The notes: a model not told the origin generated them from the sequence alone. 64,000 bases of DNA from an uncultured Nitrososphaerales archaeon (GCA_963713605.1 CAVQMO010000003.1:96001-160000), one strand, 5' to 3'; shown: positions 10,594-20,840, counted from the stretch's first letter. Numbers and translations are program-made.

Positions 10594-12329
10594 TTGACAA
10601 TCGTGTTAGATAGTGACATTCAAAATCCTATTGAATATTGTATATCTGTCATCCTCAAGGAGGCCAAAGAGGAGCATCGTTTAGTCAAACAGGCTCTGTA
10701 TGCCATGCTTAGTGCATATACCAATAACCCTCTAAATCTGGCTATTAATTCCCCCTCTGGAGAAGGCAAGAATTGGGTGCTTGAAAAGGTTGCGGAAAAA
10801 TTTCCTGCAGATAATGTGGTCTTTTTGTCCGGCATGACAGATAAGGCATTGTTCCATAGAATAGGCACCCTCGTTTCAAAGAATGAAGTGGGCGAATACA
10901 TTGAAGTCGATACTATTATTGAAGGAATAGATGACCAGATACAGGACAAACAGGATGAATTAAACAGAATAAAAAATATGGATCTCATTAGAGCACTTAA
11001 GGCTGGTATCGAAGACCTGCATGAACAGAAGAAAGAAGCTCACATGAAGGCAAAGAAGCTCATCGACCTATCGCATAAGATACTCATCTTCTTAGATACT
11101 CCCAATGTCAGTCTACTTTCAACGCTGATGTCACTTCTTTCCCATGACCAATATGAGGTAGAGTATGAATATGTCGACACAAACAATGGTATCAAGACTT
11201 ATACCAATATATTAAGAGGATGGCCAGCAGTAATATTTGCACAGGCTATAGACTACAGCAAACATGAAAGATGGCCAGAGCTCCAAAGAAGATTTATCAT
11301 CACCAATCCCGAAATGAATTCCAAAAAGAAGTATGCTGAGGCTGTAGATCTTATTCTTGACAAGTTTACATTACCTGATCTTCCATATCAAAGAATTGTT
11401 ACTAGTGACGAGGAAAAGGGAATGGTGAAAAGTATTATAAAAAGTATAAGTGACGAGATCCGGCTGATCTCTGACAGGATACAACCAGGCAAGAACTCTA
11501 CTTATGCCCCATTTAGTGAAGCATTAAAGAATGCATTACCAAAAGGCAAGAGTTCGGACATGAATGCTGGAAAACGATTTTCTGTATTTCTCTCAATCCT
11601 TCCGATGATAAATGTGAGCAGAAGACCTACGATAAAAATACATACGTTCAAGAGTGATGGTCCAGTTTTGGAAACTGTTCCATTTGCACTATTTGAGGAT
11701 CTTAGAGAATCAATTTCTCTTATGGAATATGCCAATGGAGTACAGACCTTATATTCTCGATTGGTTCTACGAGGTCTTTTTGCCTAGCTATGAAAGTCAT
11801 GAAGAGGTAACTTGTAAGTCTAAGATACCTGGACAAATGGTATGTGAGAGCAGAATTGCAGTAACTACCTTTGAACTCATTGATGCCACTCGGGAAAAGA
11901 AATGCAGAGTATATAATTCAAAGCAGTTACTGGAAACTTACATCTATCCTCTAATGAATCAGGGGTATATCGATCGTGTCAATAGCGAGCTAGACCATAG
12001 AGCTGTACATTTATTTCCCCGTAATCAGTTCAAAATATATTAAATTATTCGAAAATAAGGAAACGAATAATTTATCACAAATCAACCGAATAAATGTTAG
12101 AGATATTACGATATTTCCTGGTAAAAAGTATTTAATCTCTAAAATGGAAGAGATTCTGAAATATTATTCTCAGGATAAGGTTAGGACAACCTTGTGTGAT
12201 CATGAAGGTAAGGAAATAAGTATAGATGAACTTGTAGGTAGATACTATACTAGACCAGAGGACTATTTTGAGGCTACTGGTTATCCTAAAAGTGACAATG
12301 ATAATAATGATTGCAATTCCGATAGTTAA
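10594..12329 (+). CDS. AAA+ ATPase, putative replication helicase/initiator (frameshifts near 11742 and 12005)
   Basis: Walker A SPSGEGK, coiled-coil insert, Walker B-like IFLDT, Arg finger LQRRF, wHTH-like YIYPLMNQGYID. The three ORFs join by removing single bases. Confidence 0.72.
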
Positions 12330-12482
12330 GATCAAGAACCGATCAAAGGATTTTAAGACGAATATTCAGAAATTAACCAAATTCAAGATCTTTTACAACA
12401 AACTCCCATAAAAAATGAAGCACCTTCAAACACTAAAGATCAACAATCAAATAAATTATTCGATTCCTCAAAAACGAATAAT
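12041..12482. repeat. two copies of the palindrome ATTATTCG-N12-CGAATAAT
   Basis: 12041-12074 TAAATTATTCG aaaataaggaaa CGAATAATTTA; 12452-12482 TAAATTATTCG attcctcaaaaa CGAATAAT. Confidence 0.8.
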
Positions 12483-12541
12483 AAAACATATTTTCAAACA
12501 GCAGATAAAATTCAAACAGACTCAGAAGATGGGAATAAGAA

Positions 12542-13510
12542 TTGACATCTAGTACAACTGGAACTGCGAAAGAAAGATTGAGCTGGAAGTATGATGTAAT
12601 TCCGATAGTAGTCGATATTATCCAAAAGAGAAAAGCTCAAGGCATATCTCAATTTACTTTAAGGGGTATATTCTACCTGCTAGTATCATTAACTATTATA
12701 CCAAATCTAATGGGTTACTATAAAACATTATCAAGAAAGCTGGTTGAAGCAAGAAAAGACGGAATGATAGATGAAGATGCTATTGTGGATGAAAGTAGAC
12801 GGATAATAGACATTGATGATGACTTTAGATCACCTGAAGACATCTTAGAAAAGGAATTCAAGTTAATTAATGACCTGCCTAAAGATTATAAAACCTTAAT
12901 TCCACGATGGTATAAGCAGCCAAACTACATTGAGGTGTGGCTGGAAAAAAAGGCTATGGCCAGTATAGTCAAGTCTATTCTATATGATTATCAAGTCCGC
13001 ATAGTTCCAACAGGTGGATGGTCAAGCTATTCTTACGAGAGAGAAAACCTATCCCGTTTGTCGAATAAAATCAGTGAAGGAAAGAAGGTGCATATACTCT
13101 ACCTGGGCGATTATGATCCATCCGGATTAAGAATGGAAGAAAATATTAGAAACAGATTTCAAAATATGGGGATCAATTTTCGACGAATAGCCATCACTAG
13201 AGAACAGATAGAAGATTTTGGCTTGGAGAATCTGACTAACCCCGACCCAGAAGTTATGACTAAACTCCAAAGGGATCCCAACGCAGATAACTTTCGACTG
13301 AGTAACGGTGGTAGATTATATCAAATTGAAGTGGACGCATTGCAGGTTCTAAATCCTGATACATTAAAAGATTTATTGATTTCAAGTATTCGACATTATT
13401 TTGACGAACATATTTACAGAAATGTGCTTTCAGAACCGAAATTCTCTGAAAGAAAAATTCGTGGACTTGTCCATAAAAAGGCTACCTCTTTATTCAACAT
13501 GCTTGGTTAA
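12542..13510 (+). CDS. Topo VI-A/Spo11-like WHD-Toprim protein (Mini-A-like)
   Basis: TLRGIFY (Tyr at the position of the Top6A catalytic Tyr), Toprim EVWLEK, GDYDPSG (DxD) and EVDAL. Confidence 0.8.
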   Translation: MTSSTTGTAKERLSWKYDVIPIVVDIIQKRKAQGISQFTLRGIFYLLVSLTIIPNLMGYYKTLSRKLVEARKDGMIDEDAIVDESRRIIDIDDDFRSPEDILEKEFKLINDLPKDYKTLIPRWYKQPNYIEVWLEKKAMASIVKSILYDYQVRIVPTGGWSSYSYERENLSRLSNKISEGKKVHILYLGDYDPSGLRMEENIRNRFQNMGINFRRIAITREQIEDFGLENLTNPDPEVMTKLQRDPNADNFRLSNGGRLYQIEVDALQVLNPDTLKDLLISSIRHYFDEHIYRNVLSEPKFSERKIRGLVHKKATSLFNMLG

Positions 13511-13533
13511 TTGTTTTCACCACTTCCATCTGC

Positions 13534-13875
13534 ATGAAGGAATCAGTACAGCAATCAATAGCTAATTATCTAGGAAACTCTAATGATTACTTGCTCTGGT
13601 TCAGAATCAGCAATGTTAGTGAGCAGGAGAGCATTATGCAACGGTTGGAAAAACTAGCCGACATGAAATTAAAAGGAATTCTGACAGATGAAGAGTTTCT
13701 AATTCTTAAATCTCAAATGATGAAGAAGGCATCTGAGGAGGGAATTTGGAGTTCATATTTATTTCAATACAATTTATCTTATAAAGGTGCATTTTGCTTT
13801 CATCATCAAATTAGTGGCAACGTGTTTGCAGTACTGTTTTATGCCTACTTGGACAATCAAACATCTTGTTGGTAA
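13534..13875 (+). CDS. SHOCT-domain protein (possibly a fragment)
   Basis: LEKLADMKLKGILTDEEFLILKSQMM matches the SHOCT pattern. Confidence 0.6.
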   Translation: MKESVQQSIANYLGNSNDYLLWFRISNVSEQESIMQRLEKLADMKLKGILTDEEFLILKSQMMKKASEEGIWSSYLFQYNLSYKGAFCFHHQISGNVFAVLFYAYLDNQTSCW

Positions 13876-13981
13876 AAAGGTTATCTTGAACCCCATTATT
13901 CATCGCTATCTTGAAATGCTGAATGAGCTAATATACAGCTAAACTTTTTATGAAATGCGCAATCTGTAAAATCTACTCATA

Positions 13982-14263
13982 ATGCCGATATTCTCAATTG
14001 AAAAAGGAACCATGAAAGAAATTTCTCAGAAATCAATAGAATTAGAAAAAGACATTCAAGGTATGGTCGAAAAGAATTTGGATACCATTTTTGGGGTTGA
14101 ATTTGTTACCTCTGAATTTCAGCTAAATGAGTTAAGAGTTGATACTTTGGGTTTTGATAAAGAATCGAAATCATTCGTAATAATTGAATACAAACGCGAT
14201 AAGAATATCTCTTATTGATCAAGGCTATGCATACTTAGCTCTGCTTCTCAATAATAAGGCATA
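13982..14263 (+). pseudogene. truncated PD-(D/E)XK (NucS-like) endonuclease
   Basis: LEKDIQ...EF...RVDTLGFD...VIIEYKR, then frameshifted IDQGYAYLALLLNNKA and a stop; C-terminal part absent. Confidence 0.7.
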
Positions 14264-14334
14264 GTATGACGTTTCTATAGTAGTATAACCAAAATTATTT
14301 AAATGATGAATAGAAAAGGCTAGTGTCGACGCTA

Positions 14335-14483
14335 CTACAATATTGTAGGAATATGGATAAAGAATAGCGCGATATTAGTCATTTTAGGTTTACTAAATGG
14401 GCCATTGATTAAGGTTGAAATTTCGATAAAATGGTCTAATAAAACATGTTAAATAGTCCAACTACCACACTTATTGTAGGAAT
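14335..14483. promoter_or_regulatory. 14-bp palindrome plus repeated TATTGTAGGAAT upstream of an RHH gene
   Basis: CTACAATATTGTAG at 14335-14348; TATTGTAGGAAT at 14341-14352 and 14472-14483. Confidence 0.5.
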
Positions 14484-14488
14484 TAAGT

Positions 14489-14731
14489 ATGCTCAGAAAT
14501 CTTGTTCACATAAATGTTCCAACAGCACTTTATGAGTTGATAGAAGATCTAGCAGTTAAGAGTGGATTATATAGGAGCGTTCCAGAGTTTGCGTTGGAAA
14601 GTATGAGAAATAAGTTATACGAAATGAGGCAGCAGAGAATTGAAAGGCAGAAGCTAAATGCTTATTTTAAGAGGGAGAAGGAAAGAAGAATACAATCTGC
14701 TTCTACTAATACTACCCGAATTAAGGACTAA
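14489..14731 (+). CDS. CopG/RHH-type regulator
   Basis: VHINVP..LYELIEDL...GLYRSV.EF..ESMR pattern. Confidence 0.65.
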   Translation: MLRNLVHINVPTALYELIEDLAVKSGLYRSVPEFALESMRNKLYEMRQQRIERQKLNAYFKREKERRIQSASTNTTRIKD

Positions 14732-14803
14732 TTTGACTGAAGTATTCTGGTAGAGTCATGAGTAGTGGGAATGACCTTTAGCCTATAACACTGTACATTA
14801 ATC

Positions 14804-15289
14804 ATGAGTATAGGATCTCACAAATATCTCGTAACTAGAGTATACAAATATGGCCGCAGACGATATAAGAAAAAGTGGTATCGCAAGAAATCAAGTGATA
14901 AGCGCGGGTTCGTGAGATATTCAAGCGGTACCAAATGGGCAGGTAAATATGATCCTTATAAACCTGCCTTTTGGCGTACATATCGGGTAGACCAATGTAA
15001 AGATAGAAAATATGATAGGGATCAGGAGATTCTATCTAACGGATATACAGTGACGGATAATTGGATAGCACTATGTAAATCTTGGAATGGCTTCCTATTA
15101 GCTAAAAGAGAAGGAGATCATGAAGAGATGAAGATATTTGCTATACAAATTAGAAGTATTCAGAAAGCATTAGGATTACCACAATCAGAGTTTGATATGT
15201 TTACTCCCGAAGAAATGCAATGGATAGAAAGTGAAAACTATGATACTCTGAATGAATTACATTATGCTTATAGTGTTCCTGAACTATGA
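14804..15289 (+). CDS. hypothetical protein with highly basic N-terminus
   Basis: 161-aa open ORF, Arg/Lys/Tyr-rich N-terminus. Confidence 0.65.
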   Translation: MSIGSHKYLVTRVYKYGRRRYKKKWYRKKSSDKRGFVRYSSGTKWAGKYDPYKPAFWRTYRVDQCKDRKYDRDQEILSNGYTVTDNWIALCKSWNGFLLAKREGDHEEMKIFAIQIRSIQKALGLPQSEFDMFTPEEMQWIESENYDTLNELHYAYSVPEL

Positions 15290-15361
15290 TTAATAGAATT
15301 ACCACCACAAGTATCTAGCTAATATCTGTTTCAAGAATGGTGAATTTTCAGAGTAAGGGTA

Positions 15362-15618
15362 GACTTCGACGGGTTCAAAATTGAGGTTAGACAGTCAATA
15401 GAAAAGTATACTAAAAACAAAGTTGCAAACGAATACCTCGAATTTGTGTTTCATCCTGTAGAGGGAAAGGAAATTTGTGAGATAGTGATTAGACTTTCGC
15501 CAAGACCTGTTTTCATTTATGATGAAGGTGAAAACGACAAGAATGCTATGTACGTGTTGGCAATTCTTCTAAGCCATACACTTTAGATGAGTTTTATGAG
15601 TATTCGAAGGCGATTTAA
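15362..15618 (+). pseudogene. AlbA_2/Schlafen-domain C-terminal remnant
   Basis: DFDGF...VEGKEICEIVI..SPRPVFI, then frameshifted CYVRVGNSSKPY; no start. Confidence 0.6.
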
Positions 15619-15707
15619 GTGAGAGTTATAAGAAAAATTTAAAGAGTACGCAATTTGTAGGTATTCTATTAGGGGAAAAGTGATGCGGGTTAGCCAAAAA
15701 AAGGAAA

Positions 15708-15932
15708 GTGAAATCTGCTAAAAAAAGAAAAGTGAAATCTGCTAAAACAGATTTCAAACCTGTCAATTATACAGTATTTAACCAGAAAATCACGTTTGAT
15801 ATCTTAAAATCGCATTTATTTAGTGCTGCTGACATATTGAGGAGTTCGCTTGATCCTGGAGATTATAGGCAACCCATAATGTCTTTGCTTTTCTTAAAGA
15901 GATTGAATGACATGCAGTTACTAACGCAATAA
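15708..15932 (+). pseudogene. hsdM: type I R-M methyltransferase N-terminal fragment
   Basis: LKSHLFSAADILRSSLDPGDY...LLFLKRLND, then abrupt loss of similarity. Confidence 0.8.
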
Positions 15933-16306
15933 CTGCAACAGTGATATTACTTTTCTTGTTTTGTTTTGATTGTTGTTTTGTTGTTTGATTCATGTATGTA
16001 AAACATAACTAATAGAAAATCTATATTCTTGTCTAACTAGATGTAATACTCTTGCAATCCTAAATTCTAAGAGTGATAGAATCATATTGTAGTATTACCC
16101 ATCATATCTAAAATCTTCAATTTTCTTGATTGAATGCCTTTGACAGTGTTTTTAACATGATTCAATTATAGTGGTGGTATTGAAAAGGAGTCTGGGTGAT
16201 GATGATTTTAGAGTTTTGAGGGATATTATGAGGACAGACATTGGCTAAATCACAGACTGCTAGAAATCATGGATTAGTACCTAGGTATATTAAGATGTTG
16301 CATAAG

Positions 16307-16969
16307 TTAGTTGAGTTCAGCACTACCAAACAGAACAGAGAACGCTTTACACCATATCAAGACTGTATCATATTTTGTCATATCAGTTCCACCAGGAATT
16401 GGATAATTTTGATTTCCAATATTAGCCTTCAACCTACCCAAATTCACAATATCTGATGCACTCTTATCTGTGGAGAGATATACATATAGATCAGGTCCAT
16501 TAGTAACTACCAAATCCTCTAACCGAAGAACATTTCCTCCACCCTCTATAGGAATAACTTTCGCAACCCCTTGTGCATCATGTATCCCATCTCCAACTCC
16601 AACAAAAGATCCAGTTAATAGCATTTTATTAGTATCATTTCCTGTTTGAGAAGATAGTGGAACAGACAACGATTGATTAATTGGCTCCATTGATTCATCG
16701 ATACTATTATTTATTGTTGCGAACTCTAGCACTATCTGAATTTTCTCTTGTTCACTCATCTGATTGCCAGCTTCAATCCTTTCTTCTTCACTCATAGCCA
16801 TAAACTCTTGAAATTGGTTTGACGGAGATTGCGATGGTACATCCGCTCCTTCAGGTAATGGTTCATCAATTTCAGTTGAGATGAATAAGGGAGAAGCAAG
16901 ATAAAATGCACTTACTCCTACAATGATAACTACTGCACCTATTATCCCAAGTTTAATTCCCTTACGCAT
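16307..16969 (-). CDS. DM13-domain membrane-anchored protein
   Basis: N-terminal TM; GSF..HDAQG, NGPDLYVYLS, GNQNY, VLIWCKAFSVLFG. Confidence 0.9.
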   Translation of the reverse strand: MRKGIKLGIIGAVVIIVGVSAFYLASPLFISTEIDEPLPEGADVPSQSPSNQFQEFMAMSEEERIEAGNQMSEQEKIQIVLEFATINNSIDESMEPINQSLSVPLSSQTGNDTNKMLLTGSFVGVGDGIHDAQGVAKVIPIEGGGNVLRLEDLVVTNGPDLYVYLSTDKSASDIVNLGRLKANIGNQNYPIPGGTDMTKYDTVLIWCKAFSVLFGSAELN

Positions 16970-17147
16970 GCGTTCATGGATAAAAAAAACAACTTTAACT
17001 TATAAAGTCTTCACGGAATTGAATGAAGATGGACTCGACCTTTGGTGTTCATACTTGGTAACAGAATGAGAATTTTGTTTATCTGCATTAAGTAAGTCCG
17101 GACGCTCTCATAAATCTGATATTTTTTCTATTAGAACGAGCGAGAAG

Positions 17148-17339
17148 CTAATGCATTGAAGAACCTTCTTCGTCAGACCACGAACGTCTGAAAGGTATGA
17201 TCTTATTAGTTTCTTCATTCCACCACTTAATCGTACCATTGCATGTGCGGCATTGCAACTCTATTTTCGAACCTATTATGACAAATTCTACTGAATGAGG
17301 CATTTGTCGATCACAACTACATTCTTTAGTCGGTGGCAT
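17148..17339 (-). CDS. small putative Zn-binding protein
   Basis: CxC...H...CxxC in 63 aa. Confidence 0.5.
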   Translation of the reverse strand: MPPTKECSCDRQMPHSVEFVIIGSKIELQCRTCNGTIKWWNEETNKIIPFRRSWSDEEGSSMH

Positions 17340-17742
17340 ACTAACTCTGCATTATAGCGAGAAATAGTTAATACCTGATCCGATCCTCCCGACTATTAGA
17401 AGAGTATTGATATTAGTACTTGTCAGGTTTGGTATGATAGCTATCTAATTTTTTGTTATGTAGATAAATCGCTGCAGAATATACATTGGGATAAATATTC
17501 AAAGAAAGATTAGTTCACATTACATCAAAGGTACTGGGAACAGATGATAATACTGTGGTGTTTCAAGCCAATACTATCCGAATCAAGCCTTAGCCATAAT
17601 GTAAATGATTATTACGAATATTATGATAACAAAAGCGCTAGAGTTCAACTAGTGGAATACAAAGCAATATCGACCAGTATTGACTCTAGAGATGCTTTAA
17701 ATAATGCCTTTATTAGAGATGTAGAATATTTCAAAACTACAT

Positions 17743-18283
17743 CGATAAGACAAGCTTGATTTTTATTTCAATTGATAGGAGTGTGTCCTAACCATATTCA
17801 TTCTGAAAGAAGTGTATGAGTCTAGTTCTCTTGCTTTAGTACCAAAGTTCTCTAAGCGTTCATCCAAGTCTATGACTATCATAAAAATGTCGTATCATAA
17901 GCGGCCAGAAATCTAGAGTACAGCAATAATGACCCACATCACTGCTGAATTTATGATGATGATTTACGAATAGACAACTCTTTTTGTCTAAGGTCACAAT
18001 CACTTTAAATACTTCGCTGCGTGCTGAGATTCGTGTCAAGTCACAGGCTTGTTAGGAAAGTTCATCTAGTCCTTCTTGCTGTCATATTTACGCTTGTTAT
18101 CGCAAGCCCATCAATCAGTAATTTTGGTAGTTTTGACATTACTAAAGTAGTGTATGGTCAATCAGATCCAGACCAAATGAATACCAACACTACGAATTCG
18201 GTAAATATGCAAGATATCCCATTAGAAAAAGTCCGCGTCGGAGATATTGATGTTGCGTACAAGATGTTCGGTAAAGGTGACCC
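17743..18283 (+). repeat. direct repeat copy 1 (upstream region plus 5' end of alpha/beta hydrolase)
   Basis: Near-identical to 22292-22826, starting CGATAAGACAAGCTTGATTTTTATTTC. Confidence 0.92.
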
Positions 18284-19079
18284 TATTTTGCTTATTCCGG
18301 GTCTTAGCATGTCTATGGATGGCTGGGAACCAACTATTTTAAGAGAACTATCCTCAAATCATACTGTAATAATATTTGATTATCGTGGAGTTGGAAATAC
18401 AACAATTGGTACAAAACAATTCTCAATTCAGCAATTTGCAAATGACTCTGCTGGTTTACTTGACGCTCTGAAGATTCAAAAAGCAAACATCCTTGGATAT
18501 TCTATGGGCTCATTTATAGCTCAGCAGTTTGTTCTTACTCATCCTGAGAAGGTCGACAGACTTATACTTATTGCTTCAACATGTGGTGGAAAAGAAGGTA
18601 TACCTACTAGCCCTGAAGATTTAGAACGGGGTAAAAAGATCCTAAGTAGTATGGTAAATAACACTCCAATAGAACCACAGGAAGTAAAAACTCTTGTATC
18701 TAACAGCTTCGGACCAACATGGATCAAACTACATCCCAATTTCCTTGAAAGCATTCCAACAAACCCCAAAGATTTGCAACCTTCTGGTATGACTCTTGAT
18801 ACTTATTTGCAGCAGAACTATATGAGTGCAAACTGGCAGTCAACCAACTGGAGTGGTGTATGCAGTCAGCTTCCAAATATATCCAAACCTACCTTGGTAA
18901 TGACTGGAAATGAAGATGTTACTGTACCAACTGCTAATTCTTTAATTATTGCGGAAAAAATCCCAGGAGCATGGCTTGTACAGATGAAAAATGCAGGTCA
19001 TCAAATTACGTCACAATATCCGGATGAAATCAGTAAGATATTAAATACATTCCTATCTACTTCAGGCCAAAGTAGTTGA
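18021..19079 (+). CDS. secreted alpha/beta hydrolase
   Basis: Signal/TM segment, GYSMG nucleophile elbow, catalytic D and AGH. Confidence 0.9.
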   Translation: MLRFVSSHRLVRKVHLVLLAVIFTLVIASPSISNFGSFDITKVVYGQSDPDQMNTNTTNSVNMQDIPLEKVRVGDIDVAYKMFGKGDPILLIPGLSMSMDGWEPTILRELSSNHTVIIFDYRGVGNTTIGTKQFSIQQFANDSAGLLDALKIQKANILGYSMGSFIAQQFVLTHPEKVDRLILIASTCGGKEGIPTSPEDLERGKKILSSMVNNTPIEPQEVKTLVSNSFGPTWIKLHPNFLESIPTNPKDLQPSGMTLDTYLQQNYMSANWQSTNWSGVCSQLPNISKPTLVMTGNEDVTVPTANSLIIAEKIPGAWLVQMKNAGHQITSQYPDEISKILNTFLSTSGQSS

Positions 19080-19246
19080 ATTATCCATTGAGTGGACACG
19101 AAGCGCCGGACTGACTGGAGCAATACTGTTATCTAACTTTGAAAATATGTAATAAGAACAATAGCAAAATAGTTCCTAAAGATAACATGATTAAAGCGCA
19201 TTAATGCTTAATACAAGAAACTGCATATATTCTCAAGAATAAAAAG

Positions 19247-19597
19247 ATGTTAGAAAATTATGCCTTTTCAGGCGTTCCACACAAACCAATTTCTTACATA
19301 GATCAAGGAACTAAACTTACCTGTCAATGCGGTTATGAATGGATAGAAAATAGATTTCCAGAATATGGTAAACTGGTTTGTCCACGTTGTCAACGTAGAC
19401 AGATAGAACGTGACAGGAGTAATCTAGTACAATCTTCCACGTCGACTAAGCCAATAAAATCGTCAGCTCAGCAATCGCAGATCGATGAAATAATGGAATT
19501 ATTGATTAATGAATCTATACTAGAATTAAAGATTCTATGTTTCCTGTATTCATATTCTCTACAATGGAATGTAGTGCTTCTTCAGGTGTGTGATTAG
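19247..19597 (+). CDS. Zn-ribbon hypothetical protein
   Basis: CQCGYEW...CPRC. Confidence 0.45.
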   Translation: MLENYAFSGVPHKPISYIDQGTKLTCQCGYEWIENRFPEYGKLVCPRCQRRQIERDRSNLVQSSTSTKPIKSSAQQSQIDEIMELLINESILELKILCFLYSYSLQWNVVLLQVCD

Positions 19598-19707
19598 ACA
19601 TTTAATGGTCCTAGTTGTAACACGCCTTAAGTTCGTTTCTTTGATTGCTTATCATAATTTAAGATGGTAATTTAAGATGGTATGCATGATTAAGTTTCGC
19701 TATCGAA

Positions 19708-20123
19708 TCACTTCATCATCATACCACTTATTGAATTTGATATTGGTCCTCGGATTTCTCCATCTGGATATTGAGTTGTATGGACATTCACATATAATCC
19801 CATGGAATGCGTAGCATTTAAGAGATCAGAAATCTGTTTGTCAGCAAGTGGTCCTTCAAGGTTATCAGGAGTTATATCTCCTTCAGAGAGGAGGCCAGAA
19901 ACCATTTTTGGTGTAGGTATATCAGGTCTAAATAAAGTTACTACAATAGGTCCATTTTGATTGGGCTTACCATAGTGAATGTGTGCTGCTGTAACATTGT
20001 CTATATCTGTTACATTCAAAGTATAAGTTACGGTATTCTCAGTTAATATCGGTCTAAATTCAGCCCATCCAGTAGCATTAGTTTCTATCGGGGGTATTTC
20101 CATATCGCCGAAGAGTTTTGCGT
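19708..20123 (-). pseudogene. CHRD-domain protein, 5'-truncated
   Basis: AAHIH..G..GPIVV.L, YVNVHT.QYP.GEIRG; lacks the N-terminal leader present in its paralogue at 25683-26178. Confidence 0.8.
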
Positions 20124-20250
20124 ACCTTGCCAAACAATGAGAGCATTGCTTACTGATGGTCAAAAGAATCTGCCATTATCAGATCCAATTGAAGCTAGCA
20201 TTGGCCTAGGAGAGATCAAACCAAAAGTAATTTCATCTGCGCTGAAGTAG
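20124..20250 (+). pseudogene. 3' fragment of a paralogue of gene 30562-31227
   Basis: RALLTDGQKNLPLSDPIEASIGLGEIKPKVISSALK* versus RALLTDGQKILPLSKPIEASLGLGEIRLGEISSELK*. Confidence 0.85.
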
Positions 20251-20434
20251 TAGACGAGGGGGAATCACAAAACTTTTGACATTATTTAATTTCTCTTATC
20301 ATGTTGCTTCTAGTATTAAAATACAAGAGCTTCCATGTATTTTACGCTCTGTCAATCTAATGATTAGAAATAAGAAGAGAAAAAGATTTGAGTTCTTGTT
20401 ATACGTCTATTCAGACAGAAGTTGAGCTTTTCTA

Positions 20435-20840
20435 TTACTCACTGGCTTCTCCTCCTCCTCCAGCTTCACTGCCTGTATCATCTGTACTGGTGGTATCTTC
20501 ATCGCTGGGAGGACTATCAGATGAAGTAGGTGCAGTACCCGTTCCAGGTGCTGTTCCCGTATTATATATTGGAGCAAAGCAATCTCGAATTTGTTGTTCG
20601 GAAACGGTTCCATCCACTTCAGCAGCAGAAAGACAGGATTGAAAATCCTGATAATCTTGACTTGCTGAACTAGTGTCTTCGCCTGCTGAACTAGTGTCTT
20701 CGCCTGCTGAACTAGTGTCTTCGCCTGTTTCATCAGATTGAGCTAGTGATGGAAGAACATAATTCATACTTGCTGGTACCATCAGGTACTAATACGATTG
20801 TTGCTATTACACTTGTACCTAGAGTTTTTTTCTTATTCAT
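20435..20840 (-). CDS. secreted acidic low-complexity protein (+1 frameshift near 20786)
   Basis: MNKKKTLGTSVIATIVLV joins LMVPAS...; GEDTSSA repeats; one Cys pair. Confidence 0.7.
20663..20725. repeat. 3 x 21-bp coding tandem repeat
   Basis: TGCTGAACTAGTGTCTTCGCC three times, encoding GEDTSSA. Confidence 0.95.

Larger units (their letters stand above)
7950..15940 (+). mobile_element. integrated mobile element (integrase, replication module, decayed defence cargo); ends approximate
   Basis: Co-oriented integrase, RHH, AAA+ ATPase, Topo VI-A-like gene and defence fragments. No att direct repeat or tRNA identified. Confidence 0.72.

Noticed and set aside
12542..13510. Wadjet (JetD) system
   Set aside because: No JetA, JetB or SMC-like JetC genes nearby.
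15705..15747. 24-bp-period tandem repeat AAAGTGAAATCTGCTAAAA as an att site
   Set aside because: It is a local in-frame duplication (VKSAK twice); I saw no copy at the integrase end.
20663..20725. 21-bp repeats as a mini-CRISPR
   Set aside because: The copies are contiguous with no spacers and encode in-frame peptide repeats; no cas genes in the window.
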